A stretch of 9,192 bases of DNA from a virus (lineage: Duplodnaviria; Heunggongvirae; Uroviricota; Caudoviricetes), in the IMG/VR virus record IMGVR_UViG_2671180366_000013, one strand, 5' to 3'. Below are positions 1-8,980 of this stretch, piece after piece (the stretch's first letter is position 1; every line of letters starts with the position of its first letter). The notes beneath the pieces are model-generated. The model saw only the letters and a program-made list of their open reading frames with translations, was not told the origin of the DNA and did not search any database. Made by a program: the position numbers and the translations under genes.

Positions 1-57
1 TAAGTTGGAGTCATTACCAATATTAAGCAGTGAAATTTAGTCTATAAGATAATTGGC

Positions 58-88
58 AAAAAAAAGCCCGGTGCAATATACGCCGGGC
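58..88 (-). terminator. Rho-independent terminator downstream of gnd
   Basis: Plus-strand 66-73 (gcccggtg) pairs with 81-88 (cgccgggc): an 8-bp stem with one G-U pair and a 7-nt loop. On the minus-strand transcript it is followed immediately by a U8 tract (plus-strand A8 at 58-65). It lies about 28 nt past the gnd stop codon. Confidence 0.6.
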
Positions 89-115
89 CTCAATTTTATT
101 GTTGGTTAAATCAGA

Positions 116-1522
116 TTAATCCAGCCATTCAGTATGGAACACACCTTCTTTATCAATACGCTTATAAGTATGCGCACCAAAATAGTCACGCTGTGCCTGG
201 ATCAGGTTCGCAGGCAGAACAGCAGCACGGTAGCTGTCGTAATAGGCAACCGCTGCGGAGAAGGTCGGAACCGGAATACCGTTCTGTACTGCATAAGCAA
301 CGACATCACGCAGCGCCTGCTGGTAGTCATCGGCAATTTGCTTGAAGTACGGAGCCAGCAGCAGGTTAGCGATCTGCGGATTTTCGGCATAAGCATCGGT
401 GATTTTCTGCAGGAACTGCGCACGGATGATGCAGCCAGCACGGAAAATCTTCGCGATTTCGCCGTAGTTCAGATCCCAGTTGTACTCTTCAGACGCAGCA
501 CGCAGCTGAGAGAAGCCCTGGGCGTAAGAAACGATTTTGCCCAGATACAGCGCACGACGAACTTTTTCGATGAACTCAGCCTTGTCGCCTGCTGGCTGTG
601 CTTGCGGACCAGAGAGAACTTTAGATGCGGCAACACGCTGATCTTTCAGAGAAGAGATATAACGTGCAAACACAGACTCGGTAATCAGCGACAGCGGTTC
701 GCCGAGATCCAGCGCGCTCTGGCTGGTCCATTTACCGGTACCTTTGTTAGCCGCTTCATCCAGGATCACATCAACCAGGTAGTTACCGTCTTCATCTTTT
801 TTGGTGAAGATATCTTTGGTGATGTCGATCAGGTAACTGCTCAGTTCACCGTTATTCCACTCGGTGAAGGTCTGTGCCAGTTCTTCGTTGGTGAGGTTCA
901 GGCCACCTTTAAGCAGAGAATAGGCTTCAGCAATCAGTTGCATATCACCGTATTCGATACCGTTGTGAACCATCTTCACATAATGGCCTGCGCCATCGGC
1001 ACCAATATAGGTAACGCATGGCTCCCCGTCTTCAGCTACTGCGGCGATTTTGGTCAGGATTGGTGCAACCAGTTCATAGGCTTCTTTCTGGCCACCAGGC
1101 ATAATGGAAGGACCTTTCAGCGCGCCTTCTTCACCACCGGAAACACCGGTACCGATGAAGTTAAAGCCTTCGGCAGAAAGCTCACGGTTACGGCGAATGG
1201 TGTCCTGGAAGAAGGTATTACCACCATCAATGATGATGTCACCTTTATCGAGGTATGGCTTGAGGGAATCAATAGCAGCATCCGTGCCTGCACCTGCTTT
1301 CACCATTAACAGGATGCGACGAGGCGTTTCCAGAGATTCAACGAACTCTTTCACCGTATAGTAAGGAACCAGTTTCTTGCCTGGATTTTCGGCAATCACT
1401 TCTTCCGTCTTTTCACGGGAACGGTTGAAAATAGAGACGGTATAACCACGGCTTTCGATGTTGAGCGCAAGGTTGCGCCCCATCACGGCCATACCGACGA
1501 CGCCGATCTGTTGCTTTGACAT
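116..1522 (-). CDS. gnd: 6-phosphogluconate dehydrogenase (decarboxylating), 468 aa
   Basis: Full-length ORF with ATG at 1522-1520 and TAA at 118-116. N-terminal Rossmann motif [11 protein letters not shown]. Over its whole length the translation reads like E. coli Gnd as I recall it. Strong SD AGGAG (plus 1529-1533) sits 6 nt upstream of the ATG. GC near 50% by eye. Confidence 0.97.
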   Translation of the reverse strand: MSKQQIGVVGMAVMGRNLALNIESRGYTVSIFNRSREKTEEVIAENPGKKLVPYYTVKEFVESLETPRRILLMVKAGAGTDAAIDSLKPYLDKGDIIIDGGNTFFQDTIRRNRELSAEGFNFIGTGVSGGEEGALKGPSIMPGGQKEAYELVAPILTKIAAVAEDGEPCVTYIGADGAGHYVKMVHNGIEYGDMQLIAEAYSLLKGGLNLTNEELAQTFTEWNNGELSSYLIDITKDIFTKKDEDGNYLVDVILDEAANKGTGKWTSQSALDLGEPLSLITESVFARYISSLKDQRVAASKVLSGPQAQPAGDKAEFIEKVRRALYLGKIVSYAQGFSQLRAASEEYNWDLNYGEIAKIFRAGCIIRAQFLQKITDAYAENPQIANLLLAPYFKQIADDYQQALRDVVAYAVQNGIPVPTFSAAVAYYDSYRAAVLPANLIQAQRDYFGAHTYKRIDKEGVFHTEWLD

Positions 1523-1684
1523 TGTTTACTCCTGTCAGGGGTGGTCACCGCGAAGTGTGCGGCTTAAATGTGGTATAGATGTTAACTCACTCATAGAGAT
1601 ACTGAATAGCATTACCTTGGATATACCACACCGGATATCTCATCTTTTCCGTTTTTTAAAACCCATTTATATGAAATTACTGAA
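1523..1684 (-). promoter_or_regulatory. manB-gnd intergenic region containing the gnd 5' UTR, SD and presumably the gnd promoter
   Basis: 162-nt non-coding gap between the manB stop and the gnd start. The minus-strand sequence ends ...CCCTGACAGGAGTAAACA-ATG, which matches the conserved gnd leader as I recall it. I could not place convincing -35/-10 hexamers by eye; TTAACA (revcomp of plus 1584-1589) is a possible -35 but has no good -10 at 16-18 bp spacing. Confidence 0.4.
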
Positions 1685-3055
1685 TTACTTGTTCAGTAAC
1701 TCAAGGATAAGTTTTGTCTTTTCTTCCATCAGCGGTACATCGCCGCGCGATTCCACATTCAACCGCACCACCGGTTCGGTGTTGGAGGAGCGCAGGTTAA
1801 AGCGCCAGTCGGCAAAGGTCATGCTGATGCCATCGGTGCGATCCACCGCCAGCGCCTCGCGGCTAAAGTGCTGTTCCACGCGGTTAATCGCCTCAACGGG
1901 GTGTGCCAGTTTGCTGTTGATCTCACCGCTTGCCGGAAACGCTGCCATCCGGTCGCGCACCAGTTCGCCCAGCGTTTTTCCTTTCAGGCACACCAGTTCG
2001 GCGACCAGCAGCCACGGGATCATGCCGCTGTCGCAGTAAGCGAAATCACGGAAGTAATGGTGGGCGCTCATTTCGCCACCGTAGATAGCGTCTTCCTTGC
2101 GCATACGTTCTTTAATAAAGGCGTGTCCGGTTTTCGACATTACCGGGGTGCCGCCTGCGGCAGTCACCACATCAACGGTGTTCCAGGAGAGACGTGGATC
2201 GTGGATGATCTTCGCGCCGGGATTTTTTTCGAGGAACGCTTCTGCCAGCAGGCCGACAATGTAGTAGCCCTCAATAAACTGCCCTTTTTCGTCAAACAGG
2301 AAACAGCGGTCAAAATCGCCATCAAAGGCAATGCCCATATCCGCGCCGTGTTTGATGACCGCATTGCGGGTGTCGTCGCGACATTCCGGCAGTAGCGGGT
2401 TAGGAATACCGTTGGGGAAATTGCCGTCCGGCGTGTTGTGCACTTTGATTAATTCCACGGGTGCGCCGAGGGCTTTAAAGCGGGCTTCAATGGCGTCCAC
2501 CACCGGACCCGCCGCGCCGTTCCCGGAGTTAATCACCAGCTTGAGCGGCGTGAGGTTTTTGACGTTGATATAACCGAACAGGTGATCAACGTAAGCGTCA
2601 CGCAGATTGATTTGCTGATAGCGACCGCGTTTGGTTTCATCAACGGGAGGAAAGTCGTTGGCTTCTGCCAGACGCTGGATGTCGCGCAGTCCGGTATCAC
2701 CGCTGATCGGGCGAGCCCCTTCGCGCACCAGTTTCATGCCGTTGTAATCCATCGGGTTATGGCTGGCGGTAACTTCGATGCCGCCATCCACGCCGAGATG
2801 GAACGTGGCGAAATAGATCTCTTCGGTGCCGGACATGCCAATATCCAGCACATCGACGCCCGCATCCTGTAACCCCTTCGCCAGCGCCAGTTTTAAGGTT
2901 TCGCTGGTGAGTCGGACGTCACCGCCTAACACAATGGTTTTCGGTTTGAGAAATTCGCCATAAGCGCGACCAATGCGCCAGGCAATATCTTCATTCAGTT
3001 CTTCGCCTAATTTCCCGCGAATATCATAGGCTTTAAAGCAGGGTAAACTCGACAT
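1685..3055 (-). CDS. manB: Phosphomannomutase (Man-6-P to Man-1-P), 456 aa
   Basis: ATG at 3055-3053, TAA at 1687-1685. Active-site phosphoserine motif TASHNP, metal-binding DGDFDR, N-terminus [14 protein letters not shown] typical of ManB/CpsG. SD AAGGTAT about 6 nt upstream. GC-rich (about 55-60% by eye) apart from the last 15 or so codons. Confidence 0.95.
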   Translation of the reverse strand: MSSLPCFKAYDIRGKLGEELNEDIAWRIGRAYGEFLKPKTIVLGGDVRLTSETLKLALAKGLQDAGVDVLDIGMSGTEEIYFATFHLGVDGGIEVTASHNPMDYNGMKLVREGARPISGDTGLRDIQRLAEANDFPPVDETKRGRYQQINLRDAYVDHLFGYINVKNLTPLKLVINSGNGAAGPVVDAIEARFKALGAPVELIKVHNTPDGNFPNGIPNPLLPECRDDTRNAVIKHGADMGIAFDGDFDRCFLFDEKGQFIEGYYIVGLLAEAFLEKNPGAKIIHDPRLSWNTVDVVTAAGGTPVMSKTGHAFIKERMRKEDAIYGGEMSAHHYFRDFAYCDSGMIPWLLVAELVCLKGKTLGELVRDRMAAFPASGEINSKLAHPVEAINRVEQHFSREALAVDRTDGISMTFADWRFNLRSSNTEPVVRLNVESRGDVPLMEEKTKLILELLNK

Positions 3056-3137
3056 GATATACCTTAAACAAATAATACTTATTACAGATTAACTAAAAAT
3101 ATTAGCGCTCTTCTACTAACGTTACATTATCAAAAAT

Positions 3138-4577
3138 TTAGCTACGACCATATCGGTCCTGAAAACGGATAACATCGTCTTCTTCTAAATAAGATCCAGA
3201 ACGAACTTCAATTAAATCAAGAGGAATTTTCCCTGGATTTTCCAAGCAGTGTATTACACCAAGAGGTATGTAAACAGATTCATTTTCGCTAAGAATCTTA
3301 GTTTCAGAACCTATAGTCACCCTTGCAGTTCCAGAAACTATGATCCAATGTTCTGCCCTATGATGGTGCATTTGTAAAGAAAGTCCTTCACCAGGATTTA
3401 CTGTTATACGTTTGACCTGATAACGCTCCCCTGTGTCAATGGAATCATATTTACCCCAAGGACGATATACTTCGCGATGAACATAATGCTCGCTACGACC
3501 TGAATTTTTAATTTGTTCTACTATTTTCTTTACATCCTGAACTTTATTTCTCTCTGAGACAAGAACAGCATCCTTTGTTTGGACAACAACTAAATTTTCC
3601 ACTCCAACTGTAGCAACAATTCCCGATTCGGCATATATGAAAGAATTCTTTGTTTCATGAGAGAAAATATCCCCAACTATTACGTTGCCGTCTGAGTCTT
3701 TATCATTAATTTCCCAAAGAGAAGACCATGAACCGACATCACTCCAGCCAGCATCCATTGGAATAACAATTGCGTCTTTTGTTTTTTCCATTACAGCGTA
3801 ATCAATTGACTCTTCAGGGCACTTAGAGAAAGAACTTTCATCTAAACGCACAAAATCAAGGTCAAAGTTCGCTGAAGCAATTGCTTTTTCACAAGCGGAT
3901 AAAATATCAGGCCGAAATTGTTTAAGTTCCTCTATATAACGATTTGCACTAAACAAAAACATACCGCTATTCCAATAATACTCACCGGAAGCAAGATATT
4001 TAGTGGCTGTCTCATGATTTGGCTTTTCAACAAATGATGACACTATAAATGCATCCGAATCTTCCTGATTAATATATTGTCCTCGATGTATATAACCATA
4101 ACCAGTTTCTGCTTTGTCTGGAATTATACCAAATGTTACCAATTTCCCATCAGCAGCGTATGGAATTGCCGATCTAACAGCGTTACAAAATTTTTCTTCA
4201 TCGTGTATAACGTGATCTGCAGCCAGTACGAGCATAAGATCATCTGCACTTTTATCAGACTTAGACATCAGCAACGCCGCTAATGCAATTGCAGGGGCAG
4301 TGTTACGCCCAACAGGCTCAAGGATGATATTCTTTGAAGTCAATCTATCGATTTTTCTAAGCTGTTCAGCAACTATAAAGCGGTATTGTTCATTACAAAT
4401 GACATAAGGGTTGGTACAATCCAAACCATCCAGACGATTAGCCGTTGTTTGAAGCATGGTATGACTACCGATTAGGCTAAGAAATTGTTTCGGATAGAGA
4501 ATTCTTGATAGTGGCCACAACCGACTGCCTGAACCACCAGCCATAATGATAGGTGTAATAATTTTATTATTGTTCAT
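3138..4577 (-). CDS. manC: Mannose-1-phosphate guanylyltransferase (GDP-mannose pyrophosphorylase), 479 aa; alternative start at 4589 gives 483 aa
   Basis: N-terminal nucleotidyltransferase motif [14 protein letters not shown] and C-terminal cupin-type domain (…[19 protein letters not shown]…), the architecture of type II ManC/CpsB. Two in-frame ATGs (4589 and 4577): the second has a weak GAGA SD upstream and gives an N-terminal length matching CpsB-type proteins; the first would overlap the upstream glycosyltransferase by 23 nt. TAA at 3140-3138. AT-rich. Confidence 0.92.
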   Translation of the reverse strand: MNNNKIITPIIMAGGSGSRLWPLSRILYPKQFLSLIGSHTMLQTTANRLDGLDCTNPYVICNEQYRFIVAEQLRKIDRLTSKNIILEPVGRNTAPAIALAALLMSKSDKSADDLMLVLAADHVIHDEEKFCNAVRSAIPYAADGKLVTFGIIPDKAETGYGYIHRGQYINQEDSDAFIVSSFVEKPNHETATKYLASGEYYWNSGMFLFSANRYIEELKQFRPDILSACEKAIASANFDLDFVRLDESSFSKCPEESIDYAVMEKTKDAIVIPMDAGWSDVGSWSSLWEINDKDSDGNVIVGDIFSHETKNSFIYAESGIVATVGVENLVVVQTKDAVLVSERNKVQDVKKIVEQIKNSGRSEHYVHREVYRPWGKYDSIDTGERYQVKRITVNPGEGLSLQMHHHRAEHWIIVSGTARVTIGSETKILSENESVYIPLGVIHCLENPGKIPLDLIEVRSGSYLEEDDVIRFQDRYGRS

Positions 4578-5772
4578 ATAATTTCTCATCTAATGTATTC
4601 ATTAAATTGGCAACTTTTGATTCCCAAGAAAAATTATTTTCTACAAAACTACGGGCATTTTCAGCCACTTCAGTATAACGATTATAATCGTAAATTATTT
4701 CTCTTAGTACGTTTTTATATTGCTCTACTGTATCTGCAACAAAAATTTCGCTACCTGATTTTGCATTAATACCTTCATAACCAATGCTAGATGTAATACA
4801 TGGTAAACCTAAAGCCATGTATTCAAGAATTTTATTTTGTACGCCTGCTCCAAGACGAACAGGACATATACCTATATGCCCTGTAGAAGCGGAAGAATTG
4901 ATATCATCAACAGTACCTAAAGCAATTGTATTTTTAAATGAATTTAATATATTTTTATTAGTTTCTGAGATCTTACCAATCACTTTAAAAATAATATTAA
5001 ACTCATCATACAAGCAAGGTAAAATATTCTTAGCAAAATGTTTTGCAGCATCCATATTTTGTAAAGAATACATATTTCCGATAAATATAAGTTCCACAGG
5101 CTTATCGATTTTTATTTCTCTTTTTATATATCTCAAGGCTGATGTATCAACCCCATTATTGACTATATGGATATTACTGCCCGGATTAGGGTAGAGATAG
5201 TCACGGTCTACGGATGAAATAAAAGTGGTCAAATCAAAAAGATTCGCCACAGAACGTTCATATGATTCTAATCTTTTTTGTTCCAGAGAATAAATAATTG
5301 CACGCAAACTTTTTTTACTTGCTAATTTTTTAACGCGACTGTAATTCAAAGATATTGCATCTGTCATATCAAGAATTTTGAACTTGTCTGTATCCTTAAC
5401 ATAATCAGCAACTCTTATCAGATGACAAAATACTGCATCGCATTGTTTAATTAATTTATTGTATTTATTCTTAAATGTGTCCGATTGATAATAAGCAATT
5501 TGCAACGGTTTTTGCGTAACCAAAGCTTTTAATACATTATAATATGATTTATATTTTGGTAGATAGACACGATGAATTTCTTTGAAGACCGAGTCATTTA
5601 TATTTATTTCAAGTTCTAGTGGTTGATCACATAAGCTCAGAAGAATAAGATCATATTTTTTGGAAAGTTCTTTACATAACATATAGACTCTTAATCTATC
5701 CCCTCCAATGACAGGGTAGGGAAAGCGAGGTGTAAGAACCAGTATTTTTTTTCTCTGCTCTGATTGATTCAT
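4567..5772 (-). CDS. Glycosyltransferase, GT-B fold / GT4 family (donor unknown; possibly a mannosyltransferase given position next to manC), 401 aa
   Basis: N-terminal domain motif [17 protein letters not shown] and C-terminal donor-binding motif [19 protein letters not shown], both typical of Glycos_transf_1. The ORF track starts at a GTG (5829) that would overlap the epimerase gene by 37 nt; the first ATG (5772-5770) leaves a 20-nt gap after the epimerase stop and has AAGG upstream, so I call the start at 5772. TAA at 4569-4567. Confidence 0.85.
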   Translation of the reverse strand: MNQSEQRKKILVLTPRFPYPVIGGDRLRVYMLCKELSKKYDLILLSLCDQPLELEININDSVFKEIHRVYLPKYKSYYNVLKALVTQKPLQIAYYQSDTFKNKYNKLIKQCDAVFCHLIRVADYVKDTDKFKILDMTDAISLNYSRVKKLASKKSLRAIIYSLEQKRLESYERSVANLFDLTTFISSVDRDYLYPNPGSNIHIVNNGVDTSALRYIKREIKIDKPVELIFIGNMYSLQNMDAAKHFAKNILPCLYDEFNIIFKVIGKISETNKNILNSFKNTIALGTVDDINSSASTGHIGICPVRLGAGVQNKILEYMALGLPCITSSIGYEGINAKSGSEIFVADTVEQYKNVLREIIYDYNRYTEVAENARSFVENNFSWESKVANLMNTLDEKLYEQ

Positions 5773-5792
5773 AAAACTGAAACCTTTTATAT

Positions 5793-6800
5793 TCAGAATC
5801 CGTCTGGATAATTTTTTTTCCAACGCCACGAGTCCAATAACATCTGTTCTAGAGTTTGTTCGGCTTGCCAGTCCAATAAAGAATTAGCTTTATCTGCATC
5901 AGCCCAACAAGACGCAACATCCCCTGCCCTTCTCTCTATAAAAGATTTATTGACCTTAATGTTTGTTAATTTTTCAAATGTAGTGATTAATTCAAGCACC
6001 GAATAACCTTTTCCTGTACCAAGATTAAAGATATTATATCCCGAATTGATACTTAAATAATTCATTGCAGCCAAATGACCTTTCGCTAAGTCAACAACAT
6101 GAATAAAATCCCTTACACCTGTTCCATCATTAGTAGGGTAATCATTGCCATAAATAAATAATTTATCACGTTTACCACTCGCAACATCCAATAAATAAGG
6201 AACAAGATTATTAGGGATACCAGATGGAGCCTCACCTATTTTACCACTAGAATGAGCACCGACAGGATTAAAATATCTCAAGCAAATTATATCCAGTTTT
6301 CCCGTGGAACTAACATCCTCTAGAATTTTTTCAACAAAATACTTCGATGTGCCATATGGATTCGTAGTTCCTCCAATTTTAGCTGTTTCTGGAATTGGAA
6401 TTATCTCTGGTTCACCATAGACTGTCGCAGATGAACTAAAGATAAATTTTTTAATTCTGTACTCTTCCATTACCTGTAATAAAGTAATGGTCACTCCAAC
6501 ATTATTCTGGTAATACTTTAAGGGTTCACTTTTAGACTCTGAAACAGATTTAAAGCCAGCAAAATGAATAACTATATCTATGGCGTGTTTCTCGAAAATA
6601 GCGGAGAGTGTCTTCCTACACCCAGCATCTCCAGTAATTGTTATAAAATCACGTCGAGTAATTTCTTTTATTTTTTCGATACACTTGTATGAAGCATTAC
6701 TGAAATTGTCCAGAACGATAATCTCATGACCTGCATTCAGTAATTCAATAGCCGTATGAGATCCGATATATCCAGCACCACCAGTTACTAATATGTTCAT
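5793..6800 (-). CDS. gne: UDP-hexose 4-epimerase of the GalE family (NAD-dependent SDR), 335 aa; predicted to accept N-acetylated substrates (Gne-like)
   Basis: N-terminal NAD motif VTGGAGYIGSH, SSSATVYG substrate motif, catalytic YGTSK (Tyr-x3-Lys), colinear with E. coli GalE throughout. The position aligned to GalE Tyr299 is Cys298 here (codon at 5907-5909). ATG at 6800-6798 with GGAGAT SD about 7 nt upstream. The gne symbol rests on the Cys inference; GalE-family membership is secure. Confidence 0.9.
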   Translation of the reverse strand: MNILVTGGAGYIGSHTAIELLNAGHEIIVLDNFSNASYKCIEKIKEITRRDFITITGDAGCRKTLSAIFEKHAIDIVIHFAGFKSVSESKSEPLKYYQNNVGVTITLLQVMEEYRIKKFIFSSSATVYGEPEIIPIPETAKIGGTTNPYGTSKYFVEKILEDVSSTGKLDIICLRYFNPVGAHSSGKIGEAPSGIPNNLVPYLLDVASGKRDKLFIYGNDYPTNDGTGVRDFIHVVDLAKGHLAAMNYLSINSGYNIFNLGTGKGYSVLELITTFEKLTNIKVNKSFIERRAGDVASCWADADKANSLLDWQAEQTLEQMLLDSWRWKKNYPDGF

Positions 6801-6816
6801 ATTATATCTCCACTAA

Positions 6817-7962
6817 CTAATCGTCAAAATTTATTATATCAAGTTCATGGCCATTAAACCGATAATGTGAATAATATTTTTGCTGATAAGACATTATTAG
6901 CTGTTTATTGATACTTTTCATCTTGAAATCTTTAGGAAATTCCTCATCCAAATGTGAGATTTTTTTAACACACTCCTTATTGTGTATAATTTCATCATAG
7001 CCGATTAAGGAATGCTCTGTCGCATAAATATATAATCCATATGATAGTGCTTCTGCAATTTTTGTTTTCATTCCACTTCCTAAAACTATAGGAGAATAAA
7101 AAACATCACAAGCAGATAATAAATATGACATTTCACTATTAGATAGATTATCGAAAAAAAATAAATTATCCAAATCAGGAAGATTCAAAGTAGTACTTTT
7201 CCTACCTGCCAAAATATAGCAATAATCATTATTAGACTTTGCTGCATTTAAAACATAGTTGGCAGCATCTATATTTGGAAAAAAATCAAAAGATGCAGTA
7301 AATACTACTTTTTTCCTATTATCATTATTCAATCGATTATACTCATTAATAAAGTGAGCTGACAATACATCAGTTGGTTTTTCTCTACTAAATATCACAG
7401 GGAGAATTAAATTTCTGCTTTTTTTAATCCCATAAAATTTATCCATTGCATTTTTATCTTGCCGGGTAATATAGCTAACTAAATCTGAATTCTTAAGCCC
7501 GATAAATTCATTGAGATAAACAATTAATTTTTCAATAAAAGTAGTTATGTTTTTATCTTTTTGTCTTATTAAGTCATATTCGAAGTTATCCGTAAACAAT
7601 ATGATCTTTTTGTGGGGCATGAGTATTCTAAAAAGCAGACATAACAATCCAAGCCGAGAGTTGTGAAAAGCAAGAATATCTTGCTTCCGTAAAATTTTAA
7701 TTATTGAGAAAATATAAGGGACATAAAATGATGGTATAAAAAAAAGCCTGGATATTATATCCTGACGTTTACCTTTAATAAATGATATATGTTGAAAAGT
7801 ATTGTCTTCGAATAGTTTACCTGAGGATTTTTTATCAATAAGTGTTAAATTAACATTCTGTTTTTGTAGAAAACTAACAAGCGTACGTAAATATACTCCT
7901 CCTCCGGTAAGTTCATTATATGAGTTAATTGAAATGAGACAGAGTTTCTTATTTTTTTTCAT
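6817..7962 (-). CDS. Glycosyltransferase, GT-B fold / GT4-like, 381 aa
   Basis: ATG at 7962-7960, TAG at 6819-6817. N-terminal LTGGGVYLRTL and C-terminal GSGMKTKIAEALSYGLYIY match the Glycos_transf_1 donor-binding region. Very AT-rich. Overlaps the upstream gene by 14 nt. Confidence 0.8.
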   Translation of the reverse strand: MKKNKKLCLISINSYNELTGGGVYLRTLVSFLQKQNVNLTLIDKKSSGKLFEDNTFQHISFIKGKRQDIISRLFFIPSFYVPYIFSIIKILRKQDILAFHNSRLGLLCLLFRILMPHKKIILFTDNFEYDLIRQKDKNITTFIEKLIVYLNEFIGLKNSDLVSYITRQDKNAMDKFYGIKKSRNLILPVIFSREKPTDVLSAHFINEYNRLNNDNRKKVVFTASFDFFPNIDAANYVLNAAKSNNDYCYILAGRKSTTLNLPDLDNLFFFDNLSNSEMSYLLSACDVFYSPIVLGSGMKTKIAEALSYGLYIYATEHSLIGYDEIIHNKECVKKISHLDEEFPKDFKMKSINKQLIMSYQQKYYSHYRFNGHELDIINFDD

Positions 7963-8980
7963 TAAATGCCGCCGTTAAAATTTCCGCATATCTCTCTTCA
8001 GAAAAAAGCTCACGCTTGCTATAAATAGTTTGTCTCAAATGATAATATTTTTCATTATCAAGACTAATTAATTTGTAGGCTACTTGTGCTAAATCTTCTT
8101 TATTATTGGCAATAAATACGCCAGGAAAACTTTCTGCATACAACTCTCTAATTGCACCAACATTATAGCCTATCACAGGGCAACCACAGCATAGCGCTTC
8201 AATAGTAACCAGCTCATATCCTTCATAATAGGACGGTAAAATAAGTACTCTGGATTTCTTAAATATTTCTGGCATTTTCGCATAGGGGACAGCAATGCTG
8301 GTCAGAACATTATTTAGCGAAGCAAAATTTTGTGGGGCGGGAATACTTGAAACTAAATGGAAGGAAGTATCTGGCAGATTTTTACATATGTAATACAGAT
8401 CATCTATTCCTTTTCCTTTTTCCAATCGCCCGACAAATGTCACATATTCTGCTTCATTAACATCAGTGTAATCAAATTGTGCAAGATTTATAAAATTTCG
8501 AACAACTTTGATTTTATGTGAATTAATATTGTAAAGCTCATTCCATTCACTTTTAACCTTATTTGAAACAGCCCAGATATTTTTTGAAAATGCTCCAGCC
8601 CAACGCTCATAGAAAGATAAAAGACCACTGCCAGACAACCGATTAGGTTTTTTATTCATGACTGTTTGAAAATAACATTTCATATTGCCATGAGCTATTA
8701 AGATGTCATTCCTATAAAAAGGAGAACAATAGCCATGTGCAATAACTTTAAACGTCACGCCACGTAATTTTTGTAAGGTTAAATAAAGAGAAACTAATAT
8801 TGGATAAAGTGCTACTTGTATTTTTTTGTTACGAATTTTGTTAGAAATTTTGAAGTATGTTTTATCAAGTATAATGACTTTAACCCCCAAATTTTTAAGA
8901 ATGTTACATTGTTGGGCAACAACCCTTTCCACCCCACCTTGCCCTCCTGAACCATTATACGCGGCGATATATATAATCAT
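7949..8980 (-). CDS. Glycosyltransferase, GT4 family (retaining), 343 aa
   Basis: N-terminal GSGGQGGVERVV and canonical E-x7-E motif EGYELVTIEALCCGCPVIG. The ORF track start (9031) is a GTG; the first ATG at 8980-8978 gives a typical GT4 N-terminus (MIIYIAAYNGSGG), has GGGAAG about 10 nt upstream, and forms an ATGA overlap with the stop of the upstream ORF. TAA at 7951-7949. Confidence 0.85.
   Translation of the reverse strand: MIIYIAAYNGSGGQGGVERVVAQQCNILKNLGVKVIILDKTYFKISNKIRNKKIQVALYPILVSLYLTLQKLRGVTFKVIAHGYCSPFYRNDILIAHGNMKCYFQTVMNKKPNRLSGSGLLSFYERWAGAFSKNIWAVSNKVKSEWNELYNINSHKIKVVRNFINLAQFDYTDVNEAEYVTFVGRLEKGKGIDDLYYICKNLPDTSFHLVSSIPAPQNFASLNNVLTSIAVPYAKMPEIFKKSRVLILPSYYEGYELVTIEALCCGCPVIGYNVGAIRELYAESFPGVFIANNKEDLAQVAYKLISLDNEKYYHLRQTIYSKRELFSEERYAEILTAAFNEKK

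Noticed and set aside
1-115. Possible start of the next gene (for example ugd) at the left edge; a minus-strand ATG occurs at 14-12
   Set aside because: No SD upstream, and the translation (MTPT…) does not resemble a Ugd N-terminus; the region is better explained as the gnd terminator and intergenic DNA.
202-441. 79-aa minus-strand ORF inside gnd in another frame
   Set aside because: Alternative frame within gnd; Arg/Ser/Cys-rich nonsense translation.
134-1309. 391-aa plus-strand ORF antisense to gnd, and the 85-aa ORF at 1104-1361
   Set aside because: Lies entirely within the gnd coding region on the opposite strand; gnd identity is unambiguous and GC-rich genes commonly throw long antisense shadow ORFs. 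No motifs, no SD.
1458-2872. Plus-strand ORFs of 193, 175, 80 and 96 aa (1458-2039, 1868-2395, 2331-2573, 2582-2872) and the minus-strand 66-aa ORF at 2164-2364
   Set aside because: All are alternative-frame or antisense shadows inside GC-rich manB (the first also crosses the intergenic spacer into gnd); low-complexity Ser/Arg/Ala-rich translations typical of out-of-frame GC-rich DNA.
4077-5194. Plus-strand ORFs of 68 aa (4077-4283) and 136 aa (4784-5194)
   Set aside because: Antisense to manC and to the GT4 gene respectively; no recognisable domains, and the sense-strand genes carry clear family motifs.
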